DNA from: Bacteroidales bacterium
Lineage (GTDB): Bacteria; Bacteroidota; Bacteroidia; Bacteroidales; JACABE01
Direction of reading: 5' to 3'
Assembly: GCA_038204725.1 (NCBI GenBank)
Contig: JBBRCQ010000005.1
Location: 17,030 to 81,029 of the forward strand
Length of the DNA stretch: 64,000 nucleotides
This document shows, piece after piece, positions 58,454 through 64,000 of the stretch; position 1 is the stretch's first letter; every line of letters begins with the position of its first letter. The notes beneath the pieces are model-generated. The model was given only the letters and a program-made list of their open reading frames with translations, was not told the origin of the DNA and did no database searches. The translations under genes and the position numbers were made by a program.

Positions 58454-59794
58454 ATGAAAAAATACATTTTAATTTTTATACTGATTTTTCTTTATTTACC
58501 TCATTTAGCTATAAGCCAGAAAACCAGAGAATTTCATTTGTTTGACAACTGGTCATTCAACGTGAATGGTGGTGCCAGCCTTTTTTGGGGTGATCTTAGA
58601 GAATACAAATTTTATCCTGTCAATAATTATGAAAGTGAAAGAAATCTAGCTTATGGATTTGTGCTTTCCAAACAGCTAAATTCTATTTTCCATATTCGCG
58701 GTCAACTTATTAAAGGAAACTTATCCGGTACAAGAAGAACTTTAAATAGCTATTTTAATGCTGAATTTAATGAATATATTGTTAATGCTACTATTGATTT
58801 CAGCAGAATCATTTTTGGAGATAAACCAGATAGAAAATTAACCATGTATGGCATAGGAGGTATAGGTTTTATTGATTTCAGATCTTTAAAAAAAGAATTA
58901 GTTAGCAATAAATATATCGACAGTCGTGGATATACCATAAATGGCAGCTTAAAAGAAAGCCATAAAATGGTAACAGAAACCATTATTCCATTTGGCTTTG
59001 GAGTTAAATACAATTTAAGTTCAAGATTAGCACTCAATTTTGAAAATATTTGGTCTATTGCAAATACAGACTTTATTGATGTGAGTGGAGCTAATAATTT
59101 TGACGTAAATTCAGGCGGATTTAAATATGATTTTTTAACCTATACTTCATTTGGACTTACATTTAAATTTTCACAATCAGAAAAGGAAAAGAAGATTCCA
59201 TTAATTGAACCTACTGATGAAATTACAGAAGATGAGCCAATTGAAATAATTAAAAATGAATCAAAAAATACCGAATCAGAAATAAAAACAGAGACAAAAG
59301 ATATAGAAACAGCTGTAAAAGATGATTCAGAAACAATTGAACCAGTCAAAATAATTAAAGCTGAACCCAAAACTACGGAACCTGAGATAAAAAATGAGAC
59401 AAAGCATATAGAAACGGTTTTAACAGATGAATCGAAAGCAATTGAAACAACGCTAATAATTAAAAATAAAATTGCTGAAAAGCCGGAATTTGATTATGAG
59501 TTCAGAGTTCAGGTATTTGCTTCATTTTTTAAAGCAAATATGCGTTTTATCAAAAAATATAATATTTCTGAACCAATTACAGAGGATTTCAACGGTGTAT
59601 TATACACCTATTCAGTAGGTTCATTTAAAACATATACTGAAGCTAAAGCAAAAGCTTATCAATTGATTACTGAGAACAAAGCGTATGGTGCATTTGTTAT
59701 TGGAATAAAAGGAAACAAACGACTTTATTCATTAATTGAATTGCTTTCGAACGAAGAAAAAGCTGCATTGAAAGTTTCATCTAAAAAAAAATAG
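58454..59794 (+). CDS. outer-membrane beta-barrel protein with an acidic tandem-repeat linker and a C-terminal SPOR-like domain
   Basis: The N-terminal half is paralogous to 7983..8825. A 35-aa unit is repeated twice in the linker. The C-terminus (FRVQVFASFF...YSVGSFKTYTEAKAKA) is SPOR-like. Confidence 0.7.
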   Translation: MKKYILIFILIFLYLPHLAISQKTREFHLFDNWSFNVNGGASLFWGDLREYKFYPVNNYESERNLAYGFVLSKQLNSIFHIRGQLIKGNLSGTRRTLNSYFNAEFNEYIVNATIDFSRIIFGDKPDRKLTMYGIGGIGFIDFRSLKKELVSNKYIDSRGYTINGSLKESHKMVTETIIPFGFGVKYNLSSRLALNFENIWSIANTDFIDVSGANNFDVNSGGFKYDFLTYTSFGLTFKFSQSEKEKKIPLIEPTDEITEDEPIEIIKNESKNTESEIKTETKDIETAVKDDSETIEPVKIIKAEPKTTEPEIKNETKHIETVLTDESKAIETTLIIKNKIAEKPEFDYEFRVQVFASFFKANMRFIKKYNISEPITEDFNGVLYTYSVGSFKTYTEAKAKAYQLITENKAYGAFVIGIKGNKRLYSLIELLSNEEKAALKVSSKKK

Positions 59795-59821
59795 CCGCTT
59801 AATTTTTATGACCTGAAAATC

Positions 59822-59857
59822 AAAAACCACTCATCTAAAAGCATGAGTGGTTTTTTT
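59822..59857 (+). terminator. rho-independent (bidirectional) terminator
   Basis: AAAAACCACTCAT (59822-59834) / ATGAGTGGTTTTT (59843-59855), then further Ts. Sits between two convergent genes. Confidence 0.7.
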
Positions 59858-59993
59858 ATTTAAGTAATAGTTGATTTAGTATCCTCGTAATCAAAAGTAA
59901 TAGTAAACTCAATTAAATGATTTGTCTTTGAGGAAGTTAATTTTTTCTGAAGTTTTTAAATGTGAAACAAACATCTAATTATCATTCAATTCT

Positions 59994-62483
59994 TTAAAAC
60001 GCTACAACCAACTTAAGATTTAATTGACGGGGTGTTAAATAATTAGGAACTGCATATTGACGATTGCTAACATCACTAATCCAGATATAAGAAATCGTAT
60101 TGCTGATTTGCAATAAATTAAAAACTTCAAGACTGATCCAAATTGTTTCTAAATTGCGAAAAATATTTTTGGATGAAAGCTTAGCTGTTTTACTTTTTAA
60201 TAGATACGAAGATCCAATATCCACTCTCCGGTAAGCAGGAATTCTGAGTGTCTGTTTGTATCTAGGAGAATTAGGTGGTCCAAAAGGAAGACTTGCTCCA
60301 AAAACTAAGTTTAAGTGCATTTTTATATTTGGAATTCTAGGCAAATAATCCTGAAAAAACAAATTAAAAACAACGCTCTGATCGGTGGGACGGGGAATGT
60401 ATCCTGGTTCAATGATGTTCCCTTTACTATCGATATAACTATCATTATCAATATCTTCCTGTGTTTTCATGATTGACAAACTTGCCCAGGATTCAATACC
60501 TTTCACAAACTCTCCGTTTAATCTGAAATCAATACCTGTAGCATATCCATGTGCTTCATTTTTAGCTGCATATCTGATACGTACATTATCTATTTCATAT
60601 GGAATTAAATTGTTCAGGAATTTATAATAAATTTCCGAAACAAATTTAAATGGTCGGTTCCAGATCGTCAGATTCCAATCCATACCTGTAACAAAATGTA
60701 TAGATTGTTGAGATTTGATGGCTTTATTAAGATTTCCTTCTCTGTCTCTTAATTCCCTGTAAAATGGTGATTGATAGTAAATACCTGTTGAAAACCGGAG
60801 TAATATGTCCTTTTCCCATTTTGGCTTATAAGAAATTGTAGCTCTTGGACTCACCAACATTTCTTTATTCAAATCCCAATAACTAAAACGAATTCCGTAT
60901 GTTAAAGACAATCTGTTACTATCCCCGTCTATTGTCCAGGTATCCTGAATAAAACCTGAAATACGGTTGGATGACAAATCATTTCTTGCTTTATATACAT
61001 TTTGTAATTCAGGTGCGTAATGTGGAGGAATAGAATCACCAATAGCATCAGGATGAAAAGGTAATGAAAAATCGGAAGAATCTACTAATTTCCATTCATT
61101 TAATTTGTCAGTTATTTGTTCCCTTTGATATTTGGCACCCCATTGGAAAAAATGATAAATTTTAGCAACAGAACCTCTGTTTTCAAAATTCATAACAGTA
61201 GCATTCAGATAGTTACGTGCATGATCGATATAAGTTCCTACTCCTCGATTGAAAGATTCCTGTGCAAAATTTTCTTTACCAAAATCAGCTTCCAATTGAT
61301 ACAACCAGTATTGTCCCTGGATATCAAAAGTTTCATCTTCATACGATTGAAAAACTGAGATGGTATTTTTAATATTTACATATACGAATGGCTTATAATT
61401 AAGTGACAATGCTCCAAAATAGGTTTCAAATTTATCAAATTCCTGTCCGTCGAAATAAATTTTCAACCTTAACGCCTCATTAATAGTTCCAAAGTCTGTT
61501 TCACGATTTTCTGGTACTACATTGTATATATTTCGAGCATAATTACCTAAGAAGGATAATTCCAATTTTTCATTGATATCGTATGTTAAAAGTGATTGCA
61601 CATCCGTAAAGGAAGGACGGTATTCTCCTTTAGTTTGCATTGAGTTTAAAAGATATTGGTTTGATTTTTGCCGCACACCAATTAAATAACTTAAACGTGA
61701 TTTTAATGCTGTACCTTCTAAATGCATGTTAGCTCCTAATAAGCTCATAGAAACACTTCCAGCAAAAACAGTTGGCTTTTTATATTTTATATCCAATACT
61801 GAAGACATTTTATCGCCATAGCGTGCATCAAAACCTCCAGCAGAAAACAAAATAGATGATACCATATCAGAGTTTACAAAACTCAATCCTTCCTGCTGAC
61901 CGGAACGTACCAGTAATGGACGGTAAATTTCAATATCATTTACATAAACTAGATTTTCGTCGTAATTCCCACCTCTAACATTGTATTGTGAACTTAATTC
62001 GTTGTTGGAACTAACACCTGGCATGGTTTTAATAATCGATTCCACTCCACCTGATACGCTGGGAATTTGTGTAACATTCTTAGGATCGAGACGGGTAAAA
62101 TTTGTTGTTCTCACAACCTTATCCTGAATAACAAATTCAGGCAACTGAGTTGTAATTTCTTTTAATCTGAAATTGATTTCTTTGGTTTCACCTGGAGTGA
62201 GTATCAGCTTATTTGTTTGAGATTCAAATCCAGTAAATGAAGCAACAATAGTAATTTCGGTATTGGCGGGAATGGTGAATATAAATTTACCATTACGGTC
62301 GGTTGAAGTTCCAATTGGAATTGGAATATTAAAAACTCCTACATTTACAAATTCTAACGGATTGTTCCTTTCATCGGTAATTTTGCCAATTATTTTGGCC
62401 TTTTCCTGTGCAGAGGTCTGACCTTGAAATAAGGAAAAAATTATACAGTGTATGAATAAATAAATGAGTTTTTTAGTTGTCAA
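59994..62483 (-). CDS. TonB-dependent receptor with an N-terminal CarboxypepD_reg-like domain
   Basis: Signal peptide, IIGKITDERNNPLEFVNV (CarboxypepD_reg), plug motifs (GVESIIKTMPGV, NVRGG), an 829-aa barrel, and a terminal F. Confidence 0.8.
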   Translation of the reverse strand: MTTKKLIYLFIHCIIFSLFQGQTSAQEKAKIIGKITDERNNPLEFVNVGVFNIPIPIGTSTDRNGKFIFTIPANTEITIVASFTGFESQTNKLILTPGETKEINFRLKEITTQLPEFVIQDKVVRTTNFTRLDPKNVTQIPSVSGGVESIIKTMPGVSSNNELSSQYNVRGGNYDENLVYVNDIEIYRPLLVRSGQQEGLSFVNSDMVSSILFSAGGFDARYGDKMSSVLDIKYKKPTVFAGSVSMSLLGANMHLEGTALKSRLSYLIGVRQKSNQYLLNSMQTKGEYRPSFTDVQSLLTYDINEKLELSFLGNYARNIYNVVPENRETDFGTINEALRLKIYFDGQEFDKFETYFGALSLNYKPFVYVNIKNTISVFQSYEDETFDIQGQYWLYQLEADFGKENFAQESFNRGVGTYIDHARNYLNATVMNFENRGSVAKIYHFFQWGAKYQREQITDKLNEWKLVDSSDFSLPFHPDAIGDSIPPHYAPELQNVYKARNDLSSNRISGFIQDTWTIDGDSNRLSLTYGIRFSYWDLNKEMLVSPRATISYKPKWEKDILLRFSTGIYYQSPFYRELRDREGNLNKAIKSQQSIHFVTGMDWNLTIWNRPFKFVSEIYYKFLNNLIPYEIDNVRIRYAAKNEAHGYATGIDFRLNGEFVKGIESWASLSIMKTQEDIDNDSYIDSKGNIIEPGYIPRPTDQSVVFNLFFQDYLPRIPNIKMHLNLVFGASLPFGPPNSPRYKQTLRIPAYRRVDIGSSYLLKSKTAKLSSKNIFRNLETIWISLEVFNLLQISNTISYIWISDVSNRQYAVPNYLTPRQLNLKLVVAF

Positions 62484-62513
62484 AGTAATTTGCTTTTAAA
62501 ATAATTCAATGAT

Positions 62514-63152
62514 TTAATACTTTTTTTTAAAATCTCCATTTTGCCAGGCTTTTATAAATTGAGCCCAAGCTATGGGATTTAATAGATTATTAGGAGGTAA
62601 CTGTCCGGCATAATATAATTTGTTGGTTTGTTGTTCGATATAATTTTTATAATTCATGCTTCCATCCATTTTATATGCTCTTATCATTATTTTCAAATCT
62701 TCAAGTGCCAGATTTTTCATGGCTATATCATAATCGTCAGATGGAACTTTTAGTGCAAGGAATGCTTGCTTAAACTGTTCTCTTGAAGGCCAAGCATAAA
62801 TAATTGTTTCAGCTAACATAATCGTATCTTTTGTAAGAGATTGTATAAACGAATATCTATCTTTCGACAAAGTATCAGGAATGGTAAAATAAGCTTTCTT
62901 ATACCCTATGGCAGAAAAAACAATGTGATCACCTTCAAGTGCTGCAAAAGAAAAAAATCCGTTAAAATCAGCTGTAGTCCCTCTATTGGAGCCTTTTATT
63001 ATTATATTGGTAAATGATACCGGCATTAAACTATCAGAAGTTACTACCACTCCCGAAAATTGAATAGGTTTTCTATCTCGTAGTTGTGCATACGAATCAT
63101 TGTTTATCAACAACAAAACAGCTAAAGAATATAAAATTATAATTATTCTCAT
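62514..63152 (-). CDS. carboxypeptidase-regulatory-like domain protein
   Basis: Signal peptide plus FSGVVVTSDSLMPVSFTNIIIKGSNRGTTADFNGFFSF. Confidence 0.65.
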   Translation of the reverse strand: MRIIIILYSLAVLLLINNDSYAQLRDRKPIQFSGVVVTSDSLMPVSFTNIIIKGSNRGTTADFNGFFSFAALEGDHIVFSAIGYKKAYFTIPDTLSKDRYSFIQSLTKDTIMLAETIIYAWPSREQFKQAFLALKVPSDDYDIAMKNLALEDLKIMIRAYKMDGSMNYKNYIEQQTNKLYYAGQLPPNNLLNPIAWAQFIKAWQNGDFKKKY

Positions 63153-63263
63153 TTACATACAAAGATAAAATTTTATTTCAGAATTCATTAACGCAAAAAA
63201 TACTTTTTTATTTTTTTATGATTCAATATTTCATTTATTTCATTTCCCATTAAATAAATACAT

Positions 63264-63306
63264 AAAAAAAGCTGTCTTATAGTATTTTTACTATCAGACA
63301 GCTTTT
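63264..63306 (-). terminator. rho-independent terminator downstream of plsY
   Basis: AAAAGCTGTCT...AGACAGCTTTT long hairpin with inner ATAGTA/TACTAT pairing. The A7 run on the plus strand gives a T-run on the minus strand. Confidence 0.65.
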
Positions 63307-63331
63307 AAATTATTTTTTGATTAATTATTCA

Positions 63332-63967
63332 TCAATGTACTTTTTTTTTGAGTTTAAATTTATTCTCAGTACCATTTAACAATCTTATAATGTTCTTTTT
63401 ATGAATAAACGGAATAAAAATTGCAATTAAAATTGAAAATATTATTAATGAAGGATAATGTACTTTGAAAAGGAAAACACAAATAAAAGGAAATGCTACA
63501 GCAGTTGTGATAGATGAAAGCGAAACATAACCCGAAGCGATTAATACCATTAAGAAAACGCCTAACAACACAAAAAACGAAGCCGGATATAATGCAAGAA
63601 TCACCCCTACCAGTGTAGCTACACCTTTACCACCTTTGAATCCGACATAAATCGGAAAGATGTGACCTAAAACAGCTGCTAAGGCAAGCACAAGTTTTAA
63701 ATTAACTATTTGTTCCGTTACATAAAAATCAGGGGCGAAAAAATTTCCTAAAAATACAGCCAACCAACCTTTAAAAACATCAAAAATTAAAACAATCAGC
63801 CCTTGCTTTGGACCTAATATTCTTATAGTATTGGTTGCACCAGCATTACCACTTCCCTGTGTGCGGATATCAACACCAAAAAAAGCTCTTCCTATCCAAA
63901 CTGATGTAGCTATAGAACCAATTAAATAAGCAGTAATTACTCCTATTATAACACTATATGTAATCAT
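63332..63967 (-). CDS. plsY: glycerol-3-phosphate acyltransferase PlsY
   Basis: GSGNAGATN and FKGGKGVAT motifs, with five or six TM helices. Confidence 0.9.
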   Translation of the reverse strand: MITYSVIIGVITAYLIGSIATSVWIGRAFFGVDIRTQGSGNAGATNTIRILGPKQGLIVLIFDVFKGWLAVFLGNFFAPDFYVTEQIVNLKLVLALAAVLGHIFPIYVGFKGGKGVATLVGVILALYPASFFVLLGVFLMVLIASGYVSLSSITTAVAFPFICVFLFKVHYPSLIIFSILIAIFIPFIHKKNIIRLLNGTENKFKLKKKVH

Positions 63968-64000
63968 TTAATTATGGTAAAAATGAGTTGCAAAGTTACT

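Noticed and set aside
1-64000. tRNA, rRNA or other canonical structured RNA genes in intergenic regions
   Set aside because: Every spacer over 100 nt is strongly AT-rich, and I could find no cloverleaf-like GC-rich 70-90-nt segment or rRNA-like sequence. This was a visual scan only, so tRNAscan-SE and Infernal should confirm it.

Overview
This is an AT-rich (by eye about one-third G+C) chromosomal segment that looks like Bacteroidota. Supporting signs are gldF/gldG gliding genes with DUF4340, a TonB-dependent receptor with a CarboxypepD_reg-type N-terminus, TAnnTTTG -7-like boxes, and A/T-rich leaders without obvious Shine-Dalgarno sites. I call about 56 protein genes, nearly all core housekeeping or metabolism: cysE-cysK, ychF, aroK, cytochrome c peroxidase, a YdiJ-like FAD/Fe-S oxidoreductase, acyl-CoA dehydrogenase with etfA/etfB, uvrB, a C1 peptidase, an HD hydrolase, lpxD, guanine deaminase, ispH, recF, crcB with DUF190, a DjlA-like protein, saccharopine dehydrogenase, rlmB, ispE, a Na/Pi transporter, yggS, ygeW, dnaN, gldFG, phoH and plsY. 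I saw no rRNA, tRNA, CRISPR array, transposase/integrase or recognisable defence gene. The most unusual content is non-coding. A dispersed, modular, hairpin-forming intergenic repeat family has full copies at about 7.65, 10.3 and 47.15 kb and decayed copies near 21.0 and 53.9 kb, and each module has been tandemly amplified on its own. At 7634-7935 this produces an 8-mer x4, 28-mer x4, 29-mer x5 composite palindrome. Related 7-9-nt tandem repeats directly abut the start codons of five minus-strand genes. Secondary points are a tight three-gene operon (urea-transporter-like membrane domain fused to an M23 peptidase, a TPR/beta-barrel protein, a TPR protein), two tandem TonB_C paralogs that are each disrupted, a 790-bp AT-rich non-coding tract with 12-bp palindromes upstream of an XRE-type HTH gene, and an orphan gene enclosed by two bidirectional terminators. 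All calls come from reading the sequence and ORF translations and recognising motifs. No database search or folding computation was run, so family names are recognition-level, start codons are provisional, and whether the repeat family is new was not checked against any database.
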